From positions 1-64,000 of the forward strand of contig JBNKNM010000004.1 of assembly GCA_050293845.1 (NCBI GenBank): a stretch of DNA of 64,000 bases, written 5' to 3'. The notes beneath the pieces were generated by a model, which did not search any database, was not told the DNA's origin, and saw nothing but the letters and a program-made list of their open reading frames with translations. The first letter of the stretch is position 1, and each line of letters begins with the position of its first letter. The position numbers and the translations under genes were made by a program. Shown here piece by piece: positions 39,363-49,350 of the stretch. The stretch is from Pseudobacteriovorax sp. Lineage in GTDB: Bacteria > Bdellovibrionota_B > Oligoflexia > Oligoflexales > Oligoflexaceae.

Positions 39363-39512
39363 ATATTAACTAGGACGGAGAAGTTAAGCGGATCAGAAGA
39401 AGTTTAAGCGTTGCGGAAAGCGTTTATCGATGAACCTCACGTAATGGAAGACGTTTGTGTTCATCAGTTTTTTTATTCTTATAGATTTGTTGCAGTATTG
39501 ATGGAGGTGACC

Positions 39513-40535
39513 TTGAGACTAAATATTGAAGAACGTGCTTTCGGTGATAGCCGTAGAAAAAAACTCGCCCATCTTTTGGGTTTTAAAGAGAATGCAGTAC
39601 TTGGTTTTTTAGTGCTCCTATGGCACGGCTCCCAGGAAGCTGGAAAATATATTGCCACAAGAGATGAGATCCTTACCTACTGCGAGGAATTTGATCCTGA
39701 GTTTTCTTGCCTTCTCTTTGACGGGCTTTTAAATGCTGGCTACATATCTCATTTAGCCGAGGATCAGTACCGCATTCATGGTAACGAAAAACAAATAGCC
39801 GGGCTTCAAAAACATAAGGCTAAGTCTGTCAAAGGGGCTAAGGCTACTAAGGATAAATGGGCTGAGATTAAGAAACAAGAAAAGCTTGAAGGCCAGAAGG
39901 AAGGCCATAGGCCCTCAGAAGATAAGGCCACAAGCCCTAACTCCGGCACGCCTGATGAATCTTCTGAGCAGACCTTGGATAGGGCTCATTCACATATCAC
40001 AATTCACAGTTCACATTCACAGAAAGAAAAAAGAGAAAAAAAGAAAGTTGAGTGTGACCTCGATGAAATCCCTTTTTCGTCAGACGCTATCGCATCAGAC
40101 CTTCCTCCAAAATCGAAAACTAAAATTCCAAAGAAATGGGAAAGAAAAATCTCAGACTTCGACCAGATGATGGCAAAGACTTGGATGGACTATGCCAAAG
40201 AGAAAGTTCCAAGGGGAAAATTCAATGAAGGGGAATTCCAGGTAGCCATCACAAAGATGCGTCATGAGTACAAACTCAGCGAAGGAGATATCACCTCGCT
40301 TTTTTCCTGGTGCCAAGAGAGCGAGTTTTGGAAGGACAAATCTTTTAGCCCCGTAGGCCTTCTAAGGCGAAAAGGGGAGAAGACGAACCTTGATACTATC
40401 CTCATACAAAAGTCGCAGCAGAAAAAAGGTTTACCCCCTTCAAACGCGAATCGATACAAGGTGGATGACGGTCACGAGGAATACAAACGAAAACTCATTG
40501 CAAAAGTGAAGGCTGAGCAAGAGGGGATCACCTGA
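39513..40535 (+). CDS. Phage replication initiator (O-like)
   Basis: GGAGG before TTG 39513; low-complexity central linker with DNA repeats; C-terminal EFWKDKSFSPVGL; precedes the DnaC-like gene. Confidence 0.65.
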   Translation: MRLNIEERAFGDSRRKKLAHLLGFKENAVLGFLVLLWHGSQEAGKYIATRDEILTYCEEFDPEFSCLLFDGLLNAGYISHLAEDQYRIHGNEKQIAGLQKHKAKSVKGAKATKDKWAEIKKQEKLEGQKEGHRPSEDKATSPNSGTPDESSEQTLDRAHSHITIHSSHSQKEKREKKKVECDLDEIPFSSDAIASDLPPKSKTKIPKKWERKISDFDQMMAKTWMDYAKEKVPRGKFNEGEFQVAITKMRHEYKLSEGDITSLFSWCQESEFWKDKSFSPVGLLRRKGEKTNLDTILIQKSQQKKGLPPSNANRYKVDDGHEEYKRKLIAKVKAEQEGIT

Positions 40536-41212
40536 TGATCAATATCGATAAACTCTTTGCAGCATCAAAAGATCGTAGCCCTATAGAGTTACCTGGACCA
40601 ACGAACGAGGAGCGAGAGGCTTGGCAAACCTCCCTCTTAATAGGCTCAATGGCAATCGCTTCTAGCTATGTAGGTATTACGCGAAAGGACTTTGAAACGT
40701 TTCGGCCTGGTCTAGTTAGAAAATTCTGGAAGGGCTCAGACGAGCTCGGAAGAAAGATCCTACGCTTTGATCCTGCTTCGGCAGAGAAGGGTTTCTACCT
40801 CTATGGAGATCCGGGGTGCGGGAAAACTTCGATCCTTAAGACCCTAGCGATCATTTTGGTGAAGCAGTTTCCGGGAGGGGTGATCTTTACTCAGCTTAAG
40901 CACGCAATTGACGCTATGGCAGAGGACGATTTTTCGTTTAAAGCGGAAATCGAGAAAAAGCTCGTAGGGGCTAGGTTTCTCTTCATCGATGATATCGGTG
41001 TGGAGCGCTCTACAGATTGGACCCGTGAGCAGGTCTATTCCATTCTTGACCAGCGTCTTTATGCACATACTGGGAACGGTGATCGCAAGTTTACCTTTTT
41101 CTCCTCGAATCTCACTCTTGATCAGCTAACGGAACGCTACCACTCGCGGGATGTTAGGCGGTTTTTGGAACTTTCTAAGTTTTTACATGTTGGAGGCAAG
41201 GATGAAGCTTAA
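40535..41212 (+). CDS. DnaC/IstB-like ATPase (helicase loader)
   Basis: GDPGCGKT, LFIDDIGVE, FSSNL. Confidence 0.85.
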   Translation: MINIDKLFAASKDRSPIELPGPTNEEREAWQTSLLIGSMAIASSYVGITRKDFETFRPGLVRKFWKGSDELGRKILRFDPASAEKGFYLYGDPGCGKTSILKTLAIILVKQFPGGVIFTQLKHAIDAMAEDDFSFKAEIEKKLVGARFLFIDDIGVERSTDWTREQVYSILDQRLYAHTGNGDRKFTFFSSNLTLDQLTERYHSRDVRRFLELSKFLHVGGKDEA

Positions 41213-41296
41213 GAAGAAAGCACATTTCGTTATCGATCCTTTGACGCTTTTACAAATTACCAAGCACATTGACGCAAACAAAAAAAAGGTTAAGAA

Positions 41297-42061
41297 ATGA
41301 CGGAGAATCTAATCAAAATTGACTTCACGACACTTACACCACTTAAGCTTGCAGATAAAGTTGTTCTCCGCGACATCTATCAAACTCTAGTAGTAAAAGG
41401 AGCTGTTTCTGAAAATACGAAATACTCCCATTGGGCTGCTCAGAAACTGCGACACTATCGTGAAAACATAGACTATTTTACGAGTGTTAAAAAGAACACC
41501 CGTAAGAACTCGCGAGGCGCTTCTAAAGTAACAGATCACATTGTCACGGTAAAACGAGCAATGGCTATTATTGGCGATGGGCACCAAGAAGTTGGTGTCA
41601 AGATGAGAGAGTTTTTTGCCGACTGTTTAGAACTCTACATTGAATCACAGTCAAATGATCTACCCGATCTTCTAGATGCAGCTGCAAAAATGCTGAGAGA
41701 AGAAAAAGCTCTTCGTATCCAAGCTGAAAAAGACAGAGCAAAAATCGGTGATAAGAAAACCGCTACAGCTATGGCTACAGCAAGTGTGGCGGTTAGGCAG
41801 CTTAAAAAGACCGAGAAAGAAAAAGAACAACTTTTAGAACAGATTGGCGATGCAACCAACTGGAAATCAGCGGTAGCTTGGGCCAAAAAATATCCTCAAT
41901 TAAATTCCTTCGTAAAAAATGAGAGCGCACTGGGTCGTATGCTTTCAAAGGTTAGTCGAGAGAATGGATTAGAGGTCAGATCGATTACAGACCAAAGATG
42001 GGGCCAAGTAAAATCGTATTGTCACAAAGCAGTTTTGAAAATACTAGAAATTCACGGATAA
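41297..42061 (+). CDS. AntA/AntB-like antirepressor
   Basis: RDIY...YSHW...YRENIDY...DHIVTVKRAM; IGDKKTATAMATAS segment. Confidence 0.65.
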   Translation: MTENLIKIDFTTLTPLKLADKVVLRDIYQTLVVKGAVSENTKYSHWAAQKLRHYRENIDYFTSVKKNTRKNSRGASKVTDHIVTVKRAMAIIGDGHQEVGVKMREFFADCLELYIESQSNDLPDLLDAAAKMLREEKALRIQAEKDRAKIGDKKTATAMATASVAVRQLKKTEKEKEQLLEQIGDATNWKSAVAWAKKYPQLNSFVKNESALGRMLSKVSRENGLEVRSITDQRWGQVKSYCHKAVLKILEIHG

Positions 42062-42071
42062 AGGAAAAAAC

Positions 42072-42428
42072 ATGAGTAACTACAAACTACCACCGATGGA
42101 AATTGTTAAGGCATCCCATGAACTGATGTCAGTAGATGAGGGTGACTTTTTACCGATTGAATATACTGCAATGCTTCTAGGAACCACAGTGGAATCTATT
42201 TTAAAGATAGTTAAGATGCACGGGTTGGCATATTCAGTAGATTGGGATGAGAACTCAAACTGGGAGAATGAAGACGATAGATCATCAGACACCCAAAAAA
42301 TCTATCTTCCAAGTGACACCGTACAAATATTGGTTATGGCATGCGAATCTAAAAAAGCCAGGGATATTCAAGCCCTCCTATTGCAAATTATCGAAAAGAC
42401 CCAAGGAAGTGAAGGCATAGAATTTTAG
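42072..42428 (+). CDS. Antirepressor-like (Bro-N/ORF6N-like) small protein
   Basis: TAMLLG...IYL...ILVMACESKKARD pattern. Confidence 0.45.
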   Translation: MSNYKLPPMEIVKASHELMSVDEGDFLPIEYTAMLLGTTVESILKIVKMHGLAYSVDWDENSNWENEDDRSSDTQKIYLPSDTVQILVMACESKKARDIQALLLQIIEKTQGSEGIEF

Positions 42429-42587
42429 TCTGTTGCCGATTCAGAACACGGGACATCTGAATTCTTTAACTTAGAGGCATATCAATACTGAAAATAATCG
42501 CTAAACCTCAAATAGAATAATTGGAAAACCACTAGTAGTCTAGAAGCGAACCGGAGCAAGTGAGCGAATACAGACTAATATAGAGGT

Positions 42588-43214
42588 ATGATGATGGGAG
42601 AGAGCTATAATAGTGAAACACGTTACGACTACTTTTTAAGCACTGGAGATGGAGAGAATCTACAAATCAGTGACATCGAACTTAAAGGCATTGATCTTCG
42701 CGGAGCAAATCTCCACAAAGCGCAGCTTGTTAATGTCAAGTTGATTGACTGTGACTTTAGGTTTTCACGATGCTTCGGAGTAGAGTTTAGAAATGTCACG
42801 TTAGTAGACACTAAATTCGACTTTTCGATATTTGAGGGAGCAAAGCTAAATTTCAAGACGGTTCCAGATGGAACCTCGTTTTGGGGATCGCATTTTAAGG
42901 GCGCAAAGATATCTATCGGGAATGGTTTATCCAAACCAGTTGATAGAAATTTAGCCGTTAGGCATCCACAATTTTCGTGTCCTGCGTTTCTAAGTAAGAT
43001 CGATCTTGATGCTAAGATGCACTATAAGAAGCTATTTAATGCCCATGAATGCAACGAAACGGCTATATTCGAAACTGCGCGAATGTTAGAGAATAGATAT
43101 CAAGGGTCTCCTAAGAAGGTTTTGAACCCAAGAGACCACTGCCATATGGATAGCCTATCCCTTTGGTGGACTTCAAGAAACCTAATACCGCCTTGGGCGT
43201 TAATGAGAAACTAG
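42588..43214 (+). CDS. Pentapeptide-repeat protein
   Basis: IDLRG ANLHK AQLVN VKLID CDFRF repeats. Confidence 0.75.
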   Translation: MMMGESYNSETRYDYFLSTGDGENLQISDIELKGIDLRGANLHKAQLVNVKLIDCDFRFSRCFGVEFRNVTLVDTKFDFSIFEGAKLNFKTVPDGTSFWGSHFKGAKISIGNGLSKPVDRNLAVRHPQFSCPAFLSKIDLDAKMHYKKLFNAHECNETAIFETARMLENRYQGSPKKVLNPRDHCHMDSLSLWWTSRNLIPPWALMRN

Positions 43215-43226
43215 TAAGGATAAGTA

Positions 43227-43463
43227 ATGTTAAAAGTTTATGCAAAAGATTTTGCGGACAAATTTGAATTAACTAAACGAGAAGCGGAAGTATTCACATT
43301 GATTGCGAGTGGCAGTGTATTGCCCACTGATATTGCAGGGAAGATGGGTATATCTCAAAACACTGTGAGAATTCATATAAAGAACGTAAATACAAAAATG
43401 GGCACCAAGTCGAAGACCGAGTTTGTTGTCAAATTTCTAAAATATGTATTGAAGAAGAAATAG
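43227..43463 (+). CDS. Stand-alone LuxR-type HTH regulator
   Basis: LTKREAEVFTLIASG...IAGKMGISQNTVRIHIKNVNTKMG. Confidence 0.85.
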   Translation: MLKVYAKDFADKFELTKREAEVFTLIASGSVLPTDIAGKMGISQNTVRIHIKNVNTKMGTKSKTEFVVKFLKYVLKKK

Positions 43464-43542
43464 GGAATCCTTGGCTTTCAATCTGGTTTTTAATCGTGTT
43501 AGAGCAGTGGTTGGCATGTAGGTCGAGTTTGGAGAGTACACA

Positions 43543-43872
43543 ATGGGAATGGAAGAAGCGGAGCTACTGAAAACAGGCGGACCATTCCTGATCGCGGTTG
43601 TCCTCATTTTTAAGATGTATTTTGACGGCAAACTCGCCCCTAATCACACCCAATACGACCGCGACATGAAGAGGATAGAGACTTCGGTCTCTAAGATTGA
43701 AGGAAGACAGTTAAAGTCTTTCGAAGCTTTTAGTCTCACAGTTCAGAGATTTACATCTTGCGTGGAAAAGCTCTCTGGAAAACTCGACCTGCATGCCAAA
43801 ACCCTTGAGATTATTAATGGGAATCTAGAGACAATTTCTGAGCGGCTGACTCATTTGGAGCGTCGAGGGTGA
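43543..43872 (+). CDS. Holin-like protein (single TM + coiled coil)
   Basis: GGPFLIAVVLIFKMYF followed by a coiled coil, as in BhlA/UviB-type architecture. Confidence 0.45.
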   Translation: MGMEEAELLKTGGPFLIAVVLIFKMYFDGKLAPNHTQYDRDMKRIETSVSKIEGRQLKSFEAFSLTVQRFTSCVEKLSGKLDLHAKTLEIINGNLETISERLTHLERRG

Positions 43873-44495
43873 TAGAGATCAAGGCTGATCTGAGCCAGGC
43901 CCCACTCCTTTTAAAAAAAGCTGGAGTAAAAGCTTATCTTCAGGCGGTAAAAAACTCGCAGAATAAAGCACTGAATGCTGCTAAGAAAGTTGCCGAGAAC
44001 ATTGCTATAGAAAAGTACGGCCTTCCAAAAAACGGCCCGAAATTCGGACCTGAAAGCCCTTATGATAAGCCATCTGTTAAATCTGTCTTAGAGAATAGTC
44101 TTGTTAGGACCGTAGGCGGCATCGAGGCCGGCGTACCTTCTAAACTTTTCGCAGAAAAGAAGAGGCTTTCAGCGATCAGATTCCTAAGCTCTGAGCGGAG
44201 ACCTATACAGCAGAAGGGTATTCCTAGATCTAAAAGAAGGCAAACAGTTGGAATTACTCTTGGTAGGAGGACCTTCATATCCAAGAAGAAGTTTGTTCAA
44301 AAAGGTAACTCTTCAAGGCTCCATATTTTCAGATCTAAAGAGACTACGCGCAAATGGTTAATGATTCGCAATACAATATCATCCGTGGCAAGCCTACTGC
44401 GATATAACAAAGCTGATAAGACAATGCTGATTGAAGCACGAAAGAAGTTTATTAGCTCTATAGATCGAGAAGTTGATAAACGCCTGTGGAAATAG
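43869..44495 (+). CDS. Minor tail protein Z-like
   Basis: Very basic; AVKNSQNKA...EKYGL...FVQKGNSSRLHIFR pattern of gpZ-like proteins. Confidence 0.55.
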   Translation: MIEIKADLSQAPLLLKKAGVKAYLQAVKNSQNKALNAAKKVAENIAIEKYGLPKNGPKFGPESPYDKPSVKSVLENSLVRTVGGIEAGVPSKLFAEKKRLSAIRFLSSERRPIQQKGIPRSKRRQTVGITLGRRTFISKKKFVQKGNSSRLHIFRSKETTRKWLMIRNTISSVASLLRYNKADKTMLIEARKKFISSIDREVDKRLWK

Positions 44496-44576
44496 GGAAT
44501 CCTTGGCAACACAAACGCTTACAAATATGCAACTATGCCTCTGGTAATGTGACGAAACACTACTGGAGAAGTGTAG

Positions 44577-45371
44577 ATGAAAGTTAAGTTTGGTGATATC
44601 TGGAAGTTAGGCGACCACTACTTAATGTGTGGTGATAGCTCAGCGAAGCCAATGGTTAAAAGGTTTCTAGGTGATGTCGAGCCCCGATTGATGGTCACCG
44701 ACCCTCCTTATGGGGTGAACTATCAGGTAAGAGATCGGAAAAAGGCAAGTACTCAGCAAAAAGACGCTGATGATCTGGAAGATATCAGAATCAGAAATGA
44801 TCACAGGACAAATTGGTCTAACTCATTTCTATATGGAAAAGCTAAAATTGCCTATGTTTGGTATCCCTCAACGGCACCTGATGTTGCCATGCAAGCGCTT
44901 AGAGATGGGATGTATCAGCCAAGACAAACCATTGTCTGGAAAAAGAACAGAGCCACTCTTAGCAGAGCCGCATATCACTGGAAACACGAGAGTTGTCTTT
45001 ACGGAGTCCGAGTCGGAGATACAGCTAACTGGCAAGGTGATAGAAAGCAAACCACAGTCTGGGAAGTAGCGGGAGTTGAAGCGAAGGATCGGATTCATCC
45101 CACTCAGAAACCTTTAGAGCTTTATACAAAGCCTATTGAACTCCATACAGTCCCAGGTGAGGTGGTATATGATCCGTTCGCAGGATCTGGCGTAATATTC
45201 AGTGCATGCGAAAAGACAGGACGGATCGGCTATGGCGTTGATCTTGAGCCTCACTACTGCAAGAAAACAATCCAGAGATTTCAAAAGGAAACAGAGAAAA
45301 CTGCTACGTTTATAGTAAACGTATTCGACGATACAATCGATGGCTGTACGGATACTGGCGAAGCGAGTTAA
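44577..45371 (+). CDS. DNA methyltransferase (N6A/N4C, beta class)
   Basis: TDPPY, HPTQKP, YDPFAGSG. Confidence 0.9.
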   Translation: MKVKFGDIWKLGDHYLMCGDSSAKPMVKRFLGDVEPRLMVTDPPYGVNYQVRDRKKASTQQKDADDLEDIRIRNDHRTNWSNSFLYGKAKIAYVWYPSTAPDVAMQALRDGMYQPRQTIVWKKNRATLSRAAYHWKHESCLYGVRVGDTANWQGDRKQTTVWEVAGVEAKDRIHPTQKPLELYTKPIELHTVPGEVVYDPFAGSGVIFSACEKTGRIGYGVDLEPHYCKKTIQRFQKETEKTATFIVNVFDDTIDGCTDTGEAS

Positions 45372-45408
45372 TATCACGGCGATTGTTAAAACCTATGAGG
45401 ACAGAACT

Positions 45409-45693
45409 ATGGGAACAGGGATTCAAGAAACTAAGGAAGTTATAGCGTTTATCACCACTCTAGGCGTGCTAGTTGGAAGAGAAGCAGTATCGGATGGTTT
45501 ACAACTAACCGATGCTCTAAAGCTTTTTGACAATAAGGACTTCAGAGAGAAAGTAAGCATTGCGCTAGATGGTTTAACCCTTGTGCCAGCGGAGTTAAAA
45601 GACCTTTCTATAAGCGAGGGATTTGATTTATCTCTTGCTGCACTTGAGTCTTTCCGCGAGATCCTTTCTGCTTTTGAACAAAGAGCTGCTTAA
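45409..45693 (+). CDS. Hypothetical phage protein
   Basis: GAGGA before ATG 45409; followed by a terminator hairpin. Confidence 0.6.
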   Translation: MGTGIQETKEVIAFITTLGVLVGREAVSDGLQLTDALKLFDNKDFREKVSIALDGLTLVPAELKDLSISEGFDLSLAALESFREILSAFEQRAA

Positions 45694-45696
45694 CAT

Positions 45697-45722
45697 GAGG
45701 GGTCTATCCCCTCTTCATTTTT
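45697..45722 (+). terminator. Intrinsic terminator
   Basis: GAGGGG-TCTAT-CCCCTC followed by a T-rich run. Confidence 0.55.
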
Positions 45723-45870
45723 CCCTTGCTACCAAAGAAAAATATCTGCTACCTTCTTTCACATCGCACCAATGCTCCGGTTGCGCTTCCTTAAGCTACT
45801 AGTCGTTTTTCTCATCAAACTTGAGACCATTAATCATTTATCTACGTCTCGTTTGGATTGGAGAAAGCAT

Positions 45871-46647
45871 ATGGAAGAGGTTAGTAGAAGCTTGTCAATA
45901 AAAGATGAGTTAACGATCAGTGAGAAGAAAATTGCTCTTAATTCAAAAGAGACAATAATTTTTATTATCAAGTTGAATTGCGAGGAAGGGCTTACGATCC
46001 CCCAGGTTGCTGACATGTTTAATACATCGTCTGAGCATATCAGGAAAAGCATAAATAGACACGCCTTAGCTACGGGACAGATTGTCCCTAAGTCTATGAA
46101 AGCTCTTAAAAACACTAATGTTATTCCTTTGAATACTCCGAAGACGAGATTTGTCCCCAAGGATTCAATTAAGTCCTTAGTCAAGATTATCAACTCGCCC
46201 ACAGCCTGGACGATATATTTTCAACTCTGGGATGACGAAGAAAAACTTCGTGAAGAAAATGAGCATTTAAGATCTAAAGTCTCTTTTCAGAAGGCAGAAA
46301 TAGAAAGCCTGAAAAGTCAGACCCTAAAGAAGAAACGTATCTGCTCGAACAAGATTCACACCCGCACAGTGGTAACCCAAGACCTATTCGGTGGGCAGGA
46401 AGTAAATCATGTTTACGAATCTATACCTTCCGATGCTATGACGCCTGAGCAACAGAAAACTTACAAAGCACAGCACTCAGTAAAGACGATGAATGGAATA
46501 GCGAGTAGATTAGTCGATGCTACCGAAGAGCTTGGTGGATGGTTATTCATTCAAGCTAAGAAAACAAAGACTCATGCATCACGGCTAAAGACAGGACTAC
46601 TACCACCTGAAGGTAAACACGAAATAGAGATAGACATCTTAGGATAA
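45871..46647 (+). CDS. Antirepressor-like DNA-binding protein
   Basis: GLTIPQVADMF...INRH N-terminal domain plus coiled coil; GGAG before ATG 45871. Confidence 0.5.
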   Translation: MEEVSRSLSIKDELTISEKKIALNSKETIIFIIKLNCEEGLTIPQVADMFNTSSEHIRKSINRHALATGQIVPKSMKALKNTNVIPLNTPKTRFVPKDSIKSLVKIINSPTAWTIYFQLWDDEEKLREENEHLRSKVSFQKAEIESLKSQTLKKKRICSNKIHTRTVVTQDLFGGQEVNHVYESIPSDAMTPEQQKTYKAQHSVKTMNGIASRLVDATEELGGWLFIQAKKTKTHASRLKTGLLPPEGKHEIEIDILG

Positions 46648-46658
46648 GGAGCACAGCT

Positions 46659-47471
46659 ATGGATATTATCGAAACAAACTTTGTCAAACCAACACCCAAA
46701 CCTGAGCTTGGCGGAGAGCTTGGGCTTTATGCTGAAGAAGTGGCGATTAGCTTAGGTGTTCCTGCAAGCAGAGTAAGACAGAAACTTAAGGCGCGGGATT
46801 TAATATCTGACCTCGAAGAGAACAATATGACAGCCCTCACAATTGTGAGGGCTAATGAAGTTAATGGGTTAGAATACAATGAATTCGTTTTAGATGCTCG
46901 AGCTGCCAAGTTTTTAGTTGCTACTTGGGCTAACAAAATTGGAAGAGCCTATCTTTCTTTTCTGTTGACCCTCGAAGAGCATCATGAATCACTTGAACAG
47001 GCTGCAGCCTCAGATCCGTTAATAGCCACCATGCTTGCTAACGCCAAGATCAGGCAAGAGCAAATTGGTCAAGCCAAGGCTCTAAAGGAGATCGAAATTA
47101 AGGTAGAAGCTCTCCCTGAAGCTCTTGAAAAGAAGACATTAAAAACGGTCGAAGAAAAATTCGACGAGGTTCTAGAGAAAAACTCCGATCTTCCCGATGA
47201 GTGCATCCGGATCGATGAGATCGGACCTAAGTACTTTAAAGGCACACCCAGGAATAAATGGAAGACTTACCTAGAAGCGAAGAATCACCCGAAAAAGAGC
47301 TTTCTTTATAGGGGCGAGGGCGGGGCAGTACCATCGTCGGCTTTTATCGAAGAAGGTTTGAATCAAGCGGCTCTAGAGTTTTATCGTGAAAGAGAATTTC
47401 TGAGAGAAACGCCGAAGCTGCGATTCTACAACCACCCACTAGTTGGCACTATGCAAGAACGGAAGGAATAG
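46659..47471 (+). CDS. Antirepressor-like DNA-binding protein
   Basis: GLYAEEVAISLG...AAKFLVA...GRAYLSFL, then DPLIA...RQEQ linker typical of ant proteins. Confidence 0.5.
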   Translation: MDIIETNFVKPTPKPELGGELGLYAEEVAISLGVPASRVRQKLKARDLISDLEENNMTALTIVRANEVNGLEYNEFVLDARAAKFLVATWANKIGRAYLSFLLTLEEHHESLEQAAASDPLIATMLANAKIRQEQIGQAKALKEIEIKVEALPEALEKKTLKTVEEKFDEVLEKNSDLPDECIRIDEIGPKYFKGTPRNKWKTYLEAKNHPKKSFLYRGEGGAVPSSAFIEEGLNQAALEFYREREFLRETPKLRFYNHPLVGTMQERKE

Positions 47472-47484
47472 ATGTAAACATTTG

Positions 47485-49350
47485 GTTGAGTAGGTAAGGG
47501 GAGCTTCCCCCCAAACCTCTCTCAGAACGCAGCGTGAACCTCTCAGCTCACTGCGCTCCCACTGCTCAGTCTTATCTTGTCGAAGGAATTAGGTGCCAAT
47601 GTGCGAATAGCAATGGGCGTTGGCTTTTTAGCCTACTCAGGAAACGCATCGTCTTACGCCACCCTCTCCTCTTTTTAAACTTCTTTCGAATCCATCTCAT
47701 TAGCATTAGGTCTAAGTAGTTAGCTAGTGGATGAAGTCTAGATCTATAAAATGCACCATAATAGTTGATCCATCCGTTAATAATGGGATTTAGAGATTTT
47801 GCAAGAAATTCGATGTTATATGAAAGCCATCTTTTAAGTTTCCAACTGCGAATCTTGGCGTTAATTCTCTTTTTGGCCCTATTACTTATTGCTGGGAGAA
47901 AACCGGTGTAGATCTGCCCTGACCTGTTGTTGACCGCTTTTCGAGGTCGGAAAGTGAATCCAAGGAAATCAAAGCATATATAAGGGTATTTCACCCCTAT
48001 GCTACTGCTGTCTTTGCAGAACACTATCTTGGTCTTTTCAGGGTGGATTTGGAGTTTGCAATCCAACAGCCTCCTCTCTACTGCTTCTTTTAATCTCCTT
48101 GCTTCCTCAAATGTTCGACTATGTATAACTATGTCGTCCGCATACCTCTCAAAGAGAATGTTCGGAAACATCCTGGCCATCCATAGATCAAAAGCATAGT
48201 GGAGAAAGAGGTTAGCGAGCAAAGGACTGACTACTCCACCTTGGGGCGTGCCTTTATCCCTGTTTTCTAGGCTTCCATCCTCCTTCACTAAAGGAGTCTT
48301 TAGCCATCGACTTATGTACATCTTGATCCAAGAACAATCTGTATGCTTGTTCACCGCTCTCATCATAAGATCATGGTCAATATTATCAAAGAACCCTTTG
48401 ATATCTAAGTCAACCACCCACTTGTAGGACCAGCATCGCTTTCGTGTCACTCTTACAGCATCAATTGCTGATTTTCCTGGCCTGTAGCCATAGGAGTCAG
48501 AGTGAAACATAGGGTCAATCTTTGGCTCTAAAGTCATCTTAACAACCATTTGAGCTACTCTATCTGCGACCGTTGGTATTCCAAGAGAGCGTTCCCCTCC
48601 ACCTGACTTAGGTATTACAACCTGTCTTACAGGTGGCGGAAAATAGCTTCCTGATGACATGCGATTCCAAATTTTGTACAGATTATCTTTTAACTTCTCA
48701 TCAAACTTTTGAATCGATTCTCGATCGACTCCGTAAGACCCTCCATTTGCTTTGACTTTCAACCAAGCTTCAAAAACGAGCTTCTTTGAAATCGAGAAAG
48801 ATTTCGACTTTGTGTCTTTCATCAGTTCCTCCCACATATATGGTTGACCGACCAATTCCACTGAACAGCACAGCCCCTTTGCTCCCACTCCATTACAGAG
48901 CTTTCAACACTACTACGGACTGTTCCGCCCCTGTGTGTGTCATCCGAAACTTGGCTCTTATGGGGCTTCCACTTGAGTTGTATCGTTACCATACACACGA
49001 CAGGTTCCCATGTTCCATGTAAAAGCCTATGTTAGGTTCACGCCACCTCTACACCGGACACCACCTAGACAGTAAACAGGTTTCTTCTAGGCTACTCTTG
49101 GGCGATGTTTAGTTCTCCCAATTTTGGCGATCAACTGATTACTTTCGATGTCTCTTCGAATGGTTCGCTTTCGCTCGTCTCCCTAACATGTACCTGACAT
49201 GTCAAGCATGCCTTTTCCTTGTCGCTCACTACCACGTCTCTTTAACGAAGCAGCACAAGGCGGTTTGGTATCTCCTCCTGTAAGGCGACACCGAAGGGCC
49301 TACCTTCATCTTCTACACAGCATTAGCTCTCAGAGCTATTCATGGCACAC
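47485..49350 (-). mobile_element. Group II intron, RmInt1-like (bacterial class D, no endonuclease domain)
   Basis: 5' end GTGTGC at 49350; domain V/VI directly after the ORF, ending CCTACTCAAC at 47485. Removing it restores a TGTAAACA repeat. Confidence 0.9.
47572..48822 (-). CDS. ltrA: Group II intron reverse transcriptase/maturase
   Basis: NLYKIWNRMSSGSYFPPPV, LGIPTVADR, GTPQGG, YADD, GWINYY; no HNH domain. Confidence 0.95.
   Translation of the reverse strand: MKDTKSKSFSISKKLVFEAWLKVKANGGSYGVDRESIQKFDEKLKDNLYKIWNRMSSGSYFPPPVRQVVIPKSGGGERSLGIPTVADRVAQMVVKMTLEPKIDPMFHSDSYGYRPGKSAIDAVRVTRKRCWSYKWVVDLDIKGFFDNIDHDLMMRAVNKHTDCSWIKMYISRWLKTPLVKEDGSLENRDKGTPQGGVVSPLLANLFLHYAFDLWMARMFPNILFERYADDIVIHSRTFEEARRLKEAVERRLLDCKLQIHPEKTKIVFCKDSSSIGVKYPYICFDFLGFTFRPRKAVNNRSGQIYTGFLPAISNRAKKRINAKIRSWKLKRWLSYNIEFLAKSLNPIINGWINYYGAFYRSRLHPLANYLDLMLMRWIRKKFKKRRGWRKTMRFLSRLKSQRPLLFAHWHLIPSTR

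Noticed and set aside
44504..44520. Sigma-54 promoter (GG-N10-GC)
   Set aside because: Poor match to TTGC, and the twin repeat at 43457 lacks the GC.
47572..48822. Reverse transcriptase as retron, DGR or defence RT
   Set aside because: It has RmInt1-like maturase sequence, a GTGTG 5' end and domain V/VI. No TR/VR pair or msr-msd was seen.
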